A stretch of DNA of 64,000 nt from an uncultured Synergistales bacterium (lineage in GTDB: Bacteria; Synergistota; Synergistia; Synergistales; Aminobacteriaceae): positions 4,500 to 68,499 of the forward strand of contig CAJOES010000014.1 of the NCBI GenBank assembly GCA_905233455.1, in the 5' to 3' direction. The notes beneath the pieces are model-generated. The model was not told the origin of the DNA. It worked only from the letters and a program-made list of their open reading frames with translations, and did no database searches. The position numbers and the translations under genes were made by a program. Shown piece by piece: positions 48,517-57,930 of the stretch; the stretch's first letter is position 1, and the number at the start of each line of letters is the position of its first letter.

Positions 48517-49759
48517 AGCAAAAGATTTTTCCCGCGTAGATATAAAGGCATCATCCCCCGACATCACAAAGACAGTAAGCGGCATAATAGAGTCTGTGAG
48601 ATTGCGCGGAGATGAGGCAGTCAGGGAGTATGAAGAGAGATTTGACGGCGTGAAGCTCTCATCTCTTGAAGTCAGTCCGGAAGACATAGAGAAGGCATTA
48701 AGGGCTGTCGGCAGTGAGTACGTTGCAATGCTTGAACGTGCCGCAAAGAACATTCACGCATTCCACTCAAAGCAGAGACGCAACGGCTTCATGTTCTCCC
48801 CGCAGGACGGCGTGATACTCGGCCAGCGCGTGATACCCCTTGAGCGTGTCGGGCTGTACGTTCCTGGAGGCACTGCATCATACCCTTCAAGCGTACTCAT
48901 GAACGCCATACCCGCAAAGATCGCAGGCTGTGATGAGGTCATCATAGCTACGCCACCGGCAATAAGACCGGAGATTACCGCAGCAGCACACGTTGCAGGA
49001 GTATCACGGATATTCCGCATGGGAGGTGCTCAGGCTGTTGCGGCAATGGCATACGGCACAGAGAGCGTTCCGAGAGTCGACAAGATCACCGGGCCGGGTA
49101 ATGCTTATGTTGCAGAAGCAAAACGTCAGGTATTCGGACGGGTAGCTATAGACATGATTGCAGGGCCGAGCGAGATACTCATCATTGCGGACGGGAACAA
49201 TGACCCGAAACACATTGCGGCGGACATGCTTGCACAATCGGAACATGACAGGCTCGCCAGCGCGATACTCATTACGGACGACAGGAATTTTGCGCAGAAG
49301 GTCAGCGGTGAGATTGAAGCCCAGGTTATGGGACTGATACGGCACGACATAGCAAGGGCATCAATAGACGATAACGGCAGGATAATCATTGTAGGTGAAC
49401 TGAAAGAGGCAGTGAAGATAGCGAATGATATTGCACCGGAGCATCTTGAGCTGTGCGTACCTGATCCGTTCACGTGGCTTACTGAAGGAAGAATCCGCAA
49501 TGCTGGGAGTGTGTTTCTGGGGGCGCATTCTCCGGAGGCACTCGGCGATTACTTTGCGGGGCCGAATCACACACTGCCTACTATGGGGACGGCTAGGTTC
49601 TCGAGTCCGCTGTCGGTTGATGACTTCGTGAAGACATCACAATATATATACTACACACCTGAAGCTCTCATGACTGTTGCAGGTGATATAGAGAACTTTG
49701 CGCAGTCCGAAGGGCTTACAGGACACGCAAACAGCATAACTGTCAGAAGGCCAAGCTGA
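48500..49759 (+). CDS. hisD: Histidinol dehydrogenase
   Basis: 419 aa. ...PGGTASYPSSVLM..., ...AGPSEILIIAD..., ...QSEHD... are HisD motifs. Confidence 0.95.
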   Translation: MIKIVEAKDFSRVDIKASSPDITKTVSGIIESVRLRGDEAVREYEERFDGVKLSSLEVSPEDIEKALRAVGSEYVAMLERAAKNIHAFHSKQRRNGFMFSPQDGVILGQRVIPLERVGLYVPGGTASYPSSVLMNAIPAKIAGCDEVIIATPPAIRPEITAAAHVAGVSRIFRMGGAQAVAAMAYGTESVPRVDKITGPGNAYVAEAKRQVFGRVAIDMIAGPSEILIIADGNNDPKHIAADMLAQSEHDRLASAILITDDRNFAQKVSGEIEAQVMGLIRHDIARASIDDNGRIIIVGELKEAVKIANDIAPEHLELCVPDPFTWLTEGRIRNAGSVFLGAHSPEALGDYFAGPNHTLPTMGTARFSSPLSVDDFVKTSQYIYYTPEALMTVAGDIENFAQSEGLTGHANSITVRRPS

Positions 49760-49771
49760 CTCGCGACATAA

Positions 49772-49803
49772 GGGAAGACCGCTATAAGTCTTCCCATGTT
49801 GTT
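49772..49803 (+). terminator. Hairpin terminator after hisD
   Basis: GGGAAGAC-8 nt loop-GTCTTCCC followed by ATGTTGTT. The U-tract is weak. Confidence 0.5.
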
Positions 49804-50496
49804 ATGCTGGCAGTTTTTCCGCCTACCGTAATGCGATGCTTTCAGAAATTCCGCAGATTTTCGAGTATTCTTATCTCGTTGCTTAATATGTACTCAGATT
49901 TTTCGGGTTTCCTGCCGTTCACGAGATATTCAAAAGCTATAACCAGAGGCCGTTTGACTTCAGGACGTTCACCGGTTGCCCTTCCTGCTCCGTAGACTCC
50001 TCATGCTATGATGAACACGGCATCTATTTCCGGATTATTTTCCAGCATTCTTTTAGCGCGCAGGCAGTTTCCCCCGTTAAAGTAATTATTCCTACGTAAC
50101 AGTGCCTGTTTCTGCCGCTTATGTCATGATTGACGGCAACGACAAAAATGCCGCTGTCAATCAACTCTTCAAGAACACTGCGCTGCTTTTCAATGCTGTA
50201 ACCTCAAGCAAGGCAGTATCTTACTTCAAGCCCGTAAATCTGAGAACTTTCCGATGCTTCTTTCATGCCGCGAATAACTTCGTCAAAAAAGCATTCCCTT
50301 CCGACGACATAACGACGCTTGTTATTGGTTTATGCTTTCTTGCTGCTAGGGGCTTTACCGGCAGGGTGAGCCGTCTTGCCATATCCATAATTGCTGTTTT
50401 GGCAGCGGGGATAATCTTCCCTCTGTCATTCCGTGCCCTGTCCACTGCAACCCGTGATACTCCGCAAAGTTCTGCTGTCTTCTTCTTCGTTACCAT
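49800..50496 (-). pseudogene. LacI-family transcriptional regulator, decayed
   Basis: The intact HTH MVTKKKTAELCGVSRVAVDRARN... (ORF 50263-50496) then breaks. Downstream frames give ...GNAFFDEVIRGMKEASESSQIYGLEVRYCLA*GYSIEKQRSVLEELIDSGIFVVAVN... and ...NNPEIDAVFIIA*... with in-frame stops and frameshifts. Confidence 0.75.
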
Positions 50497-50548
50497 TAAC
50501 GCTCTTTTTACCTTCTAAAGCTAAAGCATACGTGGAATTATAAGTGCA

Positions 50549-51422
50549 ATGAAGTTCAAAGCAGTTGTATTTACTCTTGTCGTATTGTTTGCTGCCTGTT
50601 TCGCATTAACGGGCATCGCGTCAGCCAAAACAGTCGGAATAGTTATGCCGACAAAATCTCTGGAACGCTGGAACAGAGACGGCGACTACCTGAAGCAAAA
50701 GGATATGATGTCAGCATCAGTTAGTCAGACAATAGCAGGCAAAAGACATTGAAGGACTTATCACTAACTCAGGTTCTGCGTGATACTGAAGGCGAGATAC
50801 CTGTTATCGCTTATGACCGCCTTATCATGAAATCAAAAGCCGTACTCTATTACGTTTCCTTTGATAATTACAGGGTAGATGTTCTTCATGGGCAGTTTGT
50901 GAGGGATTCACTTAATCTGGATAATCCCAACGGCAAAAAATATAACATTGAGTTCACAGCCGGAGATCCCGCTAACAATACTGTTTTTCGGTGGAGCTTT
51001 CGATACCCTGAAGCCCTGTATCAACAACGGAGTTTTGATTGTTCCGTCAGGGCATACAGAGTTTCAGCAGGCCGCCACAGAGAACTGGAATCCTTCAGTT
51101 GCTCTAGAAAGAATACATAAGGCAGAAACTTGATGTTGTACTCTGCAATAATGACTCAACAGCATTGGGAGTAACAAAAGCTATCGGAGATGACTACGCA
51201 AGAGACGACAAGGTCATCACCGGACAGGACGGAGACGCTGCAAACCTCGCTAATATCGTTGACGGCAAGCAGACCATGACAGCCTGTAAGGCGGTAGCAG
51301 AGAAATAGCAGCTTATTATCTGCTTACACCAACAATCGTAACTAAAGGCAACTTACAGAAAGAACTTATTGATACCGGCTATTACACAATGGACGGGAAA
51401 TATCCGAAGGCTAACCAGTAAT
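50549..51422 (+). pseudogene. Sugar ABC transporter substrate-binding protein (ChvE/XylF-like), decayed
   Basis: A signal peptide with ...AKTVGIVMPTKSLERWNRDGDYLKQ... stops after 67 aa. Further pieces lie in other frames (...VIAYDRLIMKSKAVLYYVSFDNYRV..., ...ITGQDGDAANLANIVDGKQTMT..., ...TPTIVTKGNLQKELIDTGYYTMDGKYPKANQ*). Confidence 0.8.
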
Positions 51423-51442
51423 ATAACAGGGAGAATGCTGAA

Positions 51443-52215
51443 GTGGATGACTACATTCTCGAAATGAAAAACATCACGAAGGAATACCCCGGTGTTAAGG
51501 CACTGGATAACGTAAACCTTCAGGTGAGACGCGGCGAAATTCATTCTCTTGCAGGGGAAAACAAAGCCGGCAAGTCAACTCTTATGAATGTATTGTCAGG
51601 AACAATCCCCTTCAGACAGTATACAGGCGATATTGTCTACAACGGAAAAACCTGCGAGTTCCATAATATTCACGACAGCGAAAAGCTCGGTATAGTGATT
51701 ATCCATCAGGAACTTGTGTTAATTCCTGAACTTACAATCGCTGAAAATATGTTTCTAGGCAATGAGAGAAAAACAAAATTAGGCTTCATTAACTGGGCAG
51801 AAACATACCGTGTTACAGGCGAAGAAATGAAGAACTCAAAGATGCTTCTTGATATGTGATTGGAGTTCAAGAAGTAAGGACTTACGGCAATAATCATCAC
51901 GCACAAGCTGAATGAAGTTGCATATGTCTATGACCGCATAACAGTCATAAGGGACGGCGCAACCATTGAGACTATGAACAATTCAGGCCACAACATCAAT
52001 GAGGAAAGGATCATCAGTGTCATGGCAGGAAAGGAACTCACGAGCAGATACCAGCGTGAACGCAAAATCAGCGATGAAATTCTGTTTGAGGCTAGGGACT
52101 GGACGGTATATCACCCTTTCTACACCGATAAATGTGTCGTCTGTTACTGAGGACAGGAAAACTAACGGGCTTATGCTTGATGACACTATTGCACGTAATG
52201 CAAATCATGGATAAT
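51443..52215 (+). pseudogene. Sugar ABC transporter ATP-binding protein (GguA/XylG-like two-NBD type), decayed with large internal deletions
   Basis: The N-terminal NBD1 ([53 protein letters not shown]...) ends prematurely. Fragments ...ITHKLNEVAYVYDRITVIRDG..., ...SVTEDRKTNGLMLDD..., ...DVLILDEPS... lie in other frames. Only about 0.77 kb remains of a gene that is normally about 1.5 kb. Confidence 0.8.
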
Positions 52216-52239
52216 TGCTGATCCCGATGTGCTGATACT

Positions 52240-52850
52240 CGATGAGCCTTCAAGAAATACACTATGACACTGGCATTTTTCGTTGTCTTTGTCTTCTCCT
52301 TGATACTGACCGGCGGAAGAATATTGCTGGCTCAGAACATAACCTGCTGCTTCAGAACGCTTACGTTCTCGTCATGGCCTGTGGAATGCTCCTGTGCATA
52401 CTTACCGGAGGCAACGCAGATCTTTCGGTTGGCTCTACACTGTGTCTTGCGGCGGCTTCTGCGGGGCAGGTTATGGCTAACGGCGGGAGCATGGCCCACG
52501 GTGATAGCGTGCGCCAATCGGAATAGCACTTGTTATCGGAATCTGTCATGGATTCCTTATCGGCTGGGTTCATATTTCCGGCCTTGACGTAAGGAGCAAC
52601 TGCCCTTCAGCACTTATAGCGGTTATTGTTATTGCAGTTCTGATAGCAATTATCTTTGTCATGAACAGGCGCAGGAGTGCAAACACAAATTCAAATGCTT
52701 CGTGCTTTATCGGCGGAGTAATATCGGTGCTATCCTATTAAGTGTCATCAATCAGGGAATGTCGATATACGGCTCCCAAATCAATGGCAGTACGTCGTTA
52801 ATGGCGCGGTCCTTATTACAGCAGATATATTTGATGTAGTATAGACAGGA
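52240..52850 (+). pseudogene. Sugar ABC transporter permease (GguB/XylH-like), decayed
   Basis: Fragments ...NLLLQNAYVLVMACGMLLCILTGGNADLSVGS... and ...VINQGMSIYGSQ...AVLITADIFDVV* lie in different frames. About half of the normal length is present. Confidence 0.7.
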
Positions 52851-52867
52851 AAATCATAGGGGGACAG

Positions 52868-54124
52868 ATGCACGGTCTTGTCATTCTGGATAAGGATAAC
52901 AAGATTCTGCGTCCTGCTATCCTCTGGAACGACGGGCGGACTCAGGAAGAGACGGAATACCTTAATACGTCAGTCGGCAAACAGAAATTATTGGATTACA
53001 CGGGCAATATAGCTTTTGCCGGGTTCACAGCACCCAAAATACTTTGGCTGAAGAAGCATGAGCCTGAAGTATTCAGTAAGATCTCAAAAATCATGCTCCC
53101 TAAAGACTACATAAACTATATGCTCACGGGAGTACACTGCACGGATTATTCTGATGCGTCAGGAATGCTCCTGCTTGACGTGAAAAATAAATGCTGGAGC
53201 AGGGAAATGCTGGAGATATGCGGAGTTTCTGAGGAACAGCTCCCCAACCTCTATGAGAGTTATGAAGCTGTAGGAACGCTGAAAAAATCTTATGCGGATA
53301 AGTTCGGTTTTCCGGATAATGTAATTGTTGCTGCAGGTGCTGGGGACAATGCGGCGGCGGCTGTAGGGACGGGCATTGTCGGGAATCTTGCGTGTAATAT
53401 CTCTCTCGGAACGTCGGGAACTATCTTCATCTCAAGCGATAAATTCATACCTGACTTCGAGAGCAATGCGCTTCACTCATTCGCACACGCTGACGGAGGA
53501 TGGCACTTGATGGGCTGTATGCTCTCTGCGGCTTCCTGCAATAAGTGGTGGATTGAGGACATTCTGCACGGCAGCGACTATTCAGCGGAACAGGAAGCGA
53601 TTACTGATGATATGCTCGGCAGAAACAGCGTGTATTTCCTCCCGTACCTCATGGGCGAAAGATCCCCCCATAATGACCCCAATGCACGGGGATGCTTTAT
53701 CGGCCTGTCTATGGACTCTACACGGGCGGAGATGACACAGGCAATCCTTGAGGGCGTAACTTTCGGCATACGGGACAGCTTCGAGACGGCAAAGAAGCTC
53801 GGAATCACGATCAGCAGTTCAATGATATGCGGCGGCGGTGCTAAAAGTCCTCTATGGAAGAAGATTGTTGCTGACATACTCAACATTGAACTGACTATAC
53901 CAGAGACGGAACAGGGGCCGGGACTCGGCGGGGCTGTTCTTGCTGCTGTTGCAGACGGGACATTTGCCAGCATCAAAGAAGCAGTATCAAAGATCGTGAA
54001 GATAACTGACGTGGTGAAGCCTGATGCAGAGATTGCTGCGCGGTATGATGAAAAATACCGGAAATTCAGAATGCTTTACCCTGCATTGAAATCATGTTTT
54101 AAGGAGATGAATAATTTTGAGTAA
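52868..54124 (+). pseudogene. xylB: Xylulokinase (FGGY family), 5'-truncated
   Basis: 418 aa beginning at the internal GQ-MHG position (MHGLVILDKDNKILRPAILWNDGRTQEE...). This corresponds to about residue 77 of E. coli XylB, so the N-terminal DLGTS phosphate-binding segment is missing. An in-frame TGA lies 13 codons upstream, and the permease remnant abuts it. Confidence 0.7.
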
Positions 54125-54262
54125 TATATTACGTTCTACAAGGTGCAGTTCTGTCGGCATACTCGGCCAAGTCAGATAGTGATACCATTTGCAATACCGC
54201 TAATCACAGCACCGGAAAGAGAAAGGGAGAAAGAAAGCAAATTTTCATCCTCCCTCGTATAT

Positions 54263-55987
54263 TTATTCCTGAATCGGTGCAGGCCTACCGAACAGATACC
54301 CCTGCGCAAGATCACAGCCTGCTTTACGGAGAAACTCTAACTGCTCTGTAGTCTCAACTCCCTTAGATAGTGCCGGGATTCCCAGCTTTCTCGCCATCTC
54401 AATTACAGCAGAGATGATTATATTCGTCCGCTCATCGTCAACCGAGCGTATCATATCCATATCTATTTTGAGGCCGTCAAGCGTAAAATCCTTCAGCACC
54501 TTCAACGACGAGTACCCAGCCCCGAAAGCATCCATCCATACCTTGAAGCCGTGCTGCCTCAGCCTGTCAGACTCATGCTTCATTGCGTCCATGTCAACGG
54601 CAATAAGGCTCTCTGTAAGCTCAAACCTCAGCATTTCGCGGGGAATGTCATTATCGTTCACAGCGTCCTCAATCAGCCTCACAACGTCCGTAAGCTCAAA
54701 ATCCAGCCTCGAAAGATTCAGCGATACAGGCACAACAGCTTCACCGTTCCCGCGTTTCCGCCGAAGTTCCTCGCATACCTTCCGGATAACGAAACCGTCA
54801 AGCCTGTGTATTATGTGCTGTTCCTCAAGGACATACAGGAAGTTAGCCGGTGCAAGCATACCGTATTTCGGGTCTTCCCAGCGGGTTAATGCCTCGTATG
54901 ATGCAGTATTCCCGGTATCAACGTCAACAACGGGCTGTAAGTACACCTTTATGCGGTTCTGGTCAAGAGCAGTCTGAAATGTTGACAGTATATGTTCCTG
55001 AAGGTGAACTTTCTCGTCCATCCTGCCGTCATAGAACTGCACCGTTGTGCCGTATTCGCGCTTTATGGAATCGCAGGCAAGTTTTGCACAGTCGCAGATT
55101 ACGCTCATATCCATTGAAGGATCTTTGATGCTGTATACTCCTGCCTTCAGTTCAACGATTACCCCGCGCCGTATGTTGTTGACCCTCACGCTTAAACGGT
55201 TAATCTTTTCCTGCAAGTCCTCCTGTGCAGTGATTACGCCGAAATGATCATCAGAGAATCTCGAAACGAGTCCTGCCGGGAAGGTGTCCTGAAGTATTCT
55301 CGCAATGGATCTCAGCATTCTGTCGCCTCCCGCAAAGCCGTATGTCTCGTTATAGGTGTGAAAGTTCCTGATGTTGAAGTATATGCAGTAAGGCTGTCTG
55401 TTATCGTCCATGAAGCCGCGTATAACTTCCGGAGCTTTAAGCCTGAAATGCTTCATGTTCAGCAGCCCGGTCAAATCGTCGGTGATGTTCTCCTGCGGTT
55501 CAGGTATCTTCTGTCCGGAAAATTCCGCTAGCCTCGTGCGTATGTCCATATCATGAATGTACACGTAAAATATATCTCCGAGTTCTTCGTCATGAACGCG
55601 GTATCCCCAGTCTTCAACCTGTTTGATGTTGCCGTTCTTGGTGATTATCCTGTAGGTTACGTAATCGAATCCTTCAAACGTATTGACGTGGTTTTTTATG
55701 GCTTCTTCTACTTCTTCAATGTCCTCCGGATAAACTATTGTAGTGAAACTTCCTCCGGTAAACTTTATGAAGTCATTGACAGTATCGCACTCGAATATTT
55801 TTGCGATGCCGTCACTTGCAAATATTATGTCTTCGTTTTCATTGGCTTTGTAGACAAGAAGTGCGCCGGGCATGTTGGCAGAAATTTTTTGCAGGGTCAT
55901 GCAGTCGTTTTCATTGAACATATAAAATTTTCTCCTTCGTGTGTTTGCTGGTAAATACTCTAAAATTATCGGCAGTTCTGCCGTCAT
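54263..55987 (-). CDS. PAS - degenerate GGDEF - EAL domain protein (c-di-GMP signalling)
   Basis: 574 aa. GGDEF domain with ...YNETYGFAGGDRML... but RFSDDHF in place of RxGGDEF. EAL domain with ...YEALTRW..., ...ELTES..., MDAFGAGYSS (DDFG to DAFG), and SKGVET (EGVE to KGVE). The ATG overlaps the upstream kinase stop as ATGA. Confidence 0.85.
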   Translation of the reverse strand: MTAELPIILEYLPANTRRRKFYMFNENDCMTLQKISANMPGALLVYKANENEDIIFASDGIAKIFECDTVNDFIKFTGGSFTTIVYPEDIEEVEEAIKNHVNTFEGFDYVTYRIITKNGNIKQVEDWGYRVHDEELGDIFYVYIHDMDIRTRLAEFSGQKIPEPQENITDDLTGLLNMKHFRLKAPEVIRGFMDDNRQPYCIYFNIRNFHTYNETYGFAGGDRMLRSIARILQDTFPAGLVSRFSDDHFGVITAQEDLQEKINRLSVRVNNIRRGVIVELKAGVYSIKDPSMDMSVICDCAKLACDSIKREYGTTVQFYDGRMDEKVHLQEHILSTFQTALDQNRIKVYLQPVVDVDTGNTASYEALTRWEDPKYGMLAPANFLYVLEEQHIIHRLDGFVIRKVCEELRRKRGNGEAVVPVSLNLSRLDFELTDVVRLIEDAVNDNDIPREMLRFELTESLIAVDMDAMKHESDRLRQHGFKVWMDAFGAGYSSLKVLKDFTLDGLKIDMDMIRSVDDERTNIIISAVIEMARKLGIPALSKGVETTEQLEFLRKAGCDLAQGYLFGRPAPIQE

Positions 55988-57930
55988 TCCCTCACTTTCA
56001 GGGATTCCGGCAGGTATCGTGCAAGTATCTTCATCAGTGCATCAGACTTTATCGGCTTGGGCAGGTAGTCATTGAACCCGTAAGATATATATTCCTCCCT
56101 CAGTCCCGAGCCTGAATTTGCCGTAAGTGCTATATACGGCGACAATCTTGAAGGCCCGTCAAGTCCTTTGGCTTGATTCATAGTCTCTATGCCGTCAAGC
56201 CCCGGCATCTTGTGATCCAGAAAGATAATATCGTAGTGATTCACCTTCAGCAGTTCAAGGCAGTCTTCACCGCTCTCTGCAGTAGTAACTTTTGCCTGGG
56301 ACTCTTTCAGCATACCTTTAGCCACAACCAGATTCACCGGCGTATCATCTACGATAAGAAGCTGTGCATCCGGGCATGTGAACGGCCTGTTGTCCTCCGG
56401 GACGACTCCTGCGGCAGGTTCTGGAGCATGAAGCAGCATTGCCTCGTATTCCTGAATGCTGCCCTGAAAGCCGTCCTGTGCAAGCTGCTGAGTCAGTTCA
56501 ATGATGAATGATGTACCCTTGCCGTATATGCTTTCAGCCCGTACAGTCCCTCCCATGAGTTCCAGAAGGTAGCGCACGAGAGTCAGCCCCAGCCCTGCCC
56601 CGCGTATGCTCTGAGTCTCGGTGAGGTTTACGCGCTCAAATGACCGGAACAGGTGCGGAATGTCCTCTTCACGTATTCCCATTCCAGTATCACTCACGGC
56701 TATTGTGAGGTGTACCCGTGCCCTTGCTTCAATCTTTCCGCGAATGCTTAGTGTTATAGTTCCTTCCTTAGTGTACTTGACTGCATTATCGAGAAGGTTA
56801 GATACTATCTGCCTGATATGATCTTCATCACCGTAAAGATGCTCCGGCAGAGTCTTATCTATATCCAGCACAAAATTTAATCCCTTGTCGTGAACCGTCT
56901 CAAAGATTCCTTCTTCAGCGTCCTTGATTAACTGCCAGAGATGATAATACGTGTTGTACAGCTCCATTTTCCCGCTCTCTATCTTTGAGATGTCAAGAAT
57001 GTTATTGATGATCGACAGCAGATGATTACCCGCGTTCCTTATGCTCAATGAAGCCTGCCGTATCTCCGCGTCCCTGCTTTCCTTGAGTATCATCTCGTTC
57101 ATTCCCAGAATGGCATTCATAGGGGTGCGTATCTCGTGTGATGTGTTTGCGAGGAAATCGCTTTTTGCACGGTTAGCGGCATTCGTCAATTTCGTGGAAT
57201 GTTCTGCAAGCAGCCGGGATTTCTCTAAATCCTTCTCAACCGTAAGCATTCTTCTGTATGTTGGAGCCTCGTAATAGAAAAACGTAATGAACAGCACCAG
57301 AGTCCCGGCAACGTAGGTAAACAGGATTTCGCGGAGGTATACATACTGAATGATATACGAGGAGATCAGCAGGAGGCCGAGAATGTTCAACACTATGTAC
57401 TGTGATTTTGCGCTGTAGTACTGCTTGTGCGTAACCTGAAGGTAACAGGCCATAGCCACGAAATAGAACACATATACAGTCCGCCAGAACGTGTTGTAAT
57501 TTCCGCGTATGAGTCCGCCTTCCTCCGATATAGTGAAGAAGAACCCGGAGAATGACGGCACAGAGTTTAGCGCGAGAACCACGAAACTTGAGAACAGCAA
57601 GACCCTGTTGAAGGCGAAAAATTTTCTGTCCTCAATCTTCACGTATGCGGCAACGTAACGCATAAGGTAATATGTATTCAGCGTTACCATCGCATAATAT
57701 ATCGTCCTCACGACAATATTTACTGCGCGGTGGTGTCCCCAGCCGTCAATCAGCATAGTAGAACTTATCTCAAACAGTGCCGCCAAAAATGTTGTCAGGG
57801 ATAGCAGTCTGAACTTACGGTTAATTTCTGCGTTTGTTGCATACCGCAGAAACAGAAACACCGTCAGCACTCCCAGAAACGGAAGCATCGTTACTTCAAG
57901 CCATACGTTATAGCCGTATCGTATCACCAT
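55984..57930 (-). CDS. Hybrid sensor histidine kinase (7TM N-terminal domain, HisKA, HATPase_c, REC)
   Basis: 648 aa. Six to seven N-terminal TM, H-box TSHEIRTPMNAILGM, N/G boxes (...NLLDNAVKYT..., ...DTGMGI..., ...GAGLGL...), and a receiver ...LLIVDDTPVN...IIFLDHKMPGLDG... Confidence 0.9.
   Translation of the reverse strand: MVIRYGYNVWLEVTMLPFLGVLTVFLFLRYATNAEINRKFRLLSLTTFLAALFEISSTMLIDGWGHHRAVNIVVRTIYYAMVTLNTYYLMRYVAAYVKIEDRKFFAFNRVLLFSSFVVLALNSVPSFSGFFFTISEEGGLIRGNYNTFWRTVYVFYFVAMACYLQVTHKQYYSAKSQYIVLNILGLLLISSYIIQYVYLREILFTYVAGTLVLFITFFYYEAPTYRRMLTVEKDLEKSRLLAEHSTKLTNAANRAKSDFLANTSHEIRTPMNAILGMNEMILKESRDAEIRQASLSIRNAGNHLLSIINNILDISKIESGKMELYNTYYHLWQLIKDAEEGIFETVHDKGLNFVLDIDKTLPEHLYGDEDHIRQIVSNLLDNAVKYTKEGTITLSIRGKIEARARVHLTIAVSDTGMGIREEDIPHLFRSFERVNLTETQSIRGAGLGLTLVRYLLELMGGTVRAESIYGKGTSFIIELTQQLAQDGFQGSIQEYEAMLLHAPEPAAGVVPEDNRPFTCPDAQLLIVDDTPVNLVVAKGMLKESQAKVTTAESGEDCLELLKVNHYDIIFLDHKMPGLDGIETMNQAKGLDGPSRLSPYIALTANSGSGLREEYISYGFNDYLPKPIKSDALMKILARYLPESLKVRE

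Noticed and set aside
49800-52850. Frameshifts in the sugar locus as mere sequencing or assembly errors
   Set aside because: Single-base errors cannot explain the loss of roughly half of the ATPase and permease genes or the missing 5' end of xylB. All neighbouring genes are intact.
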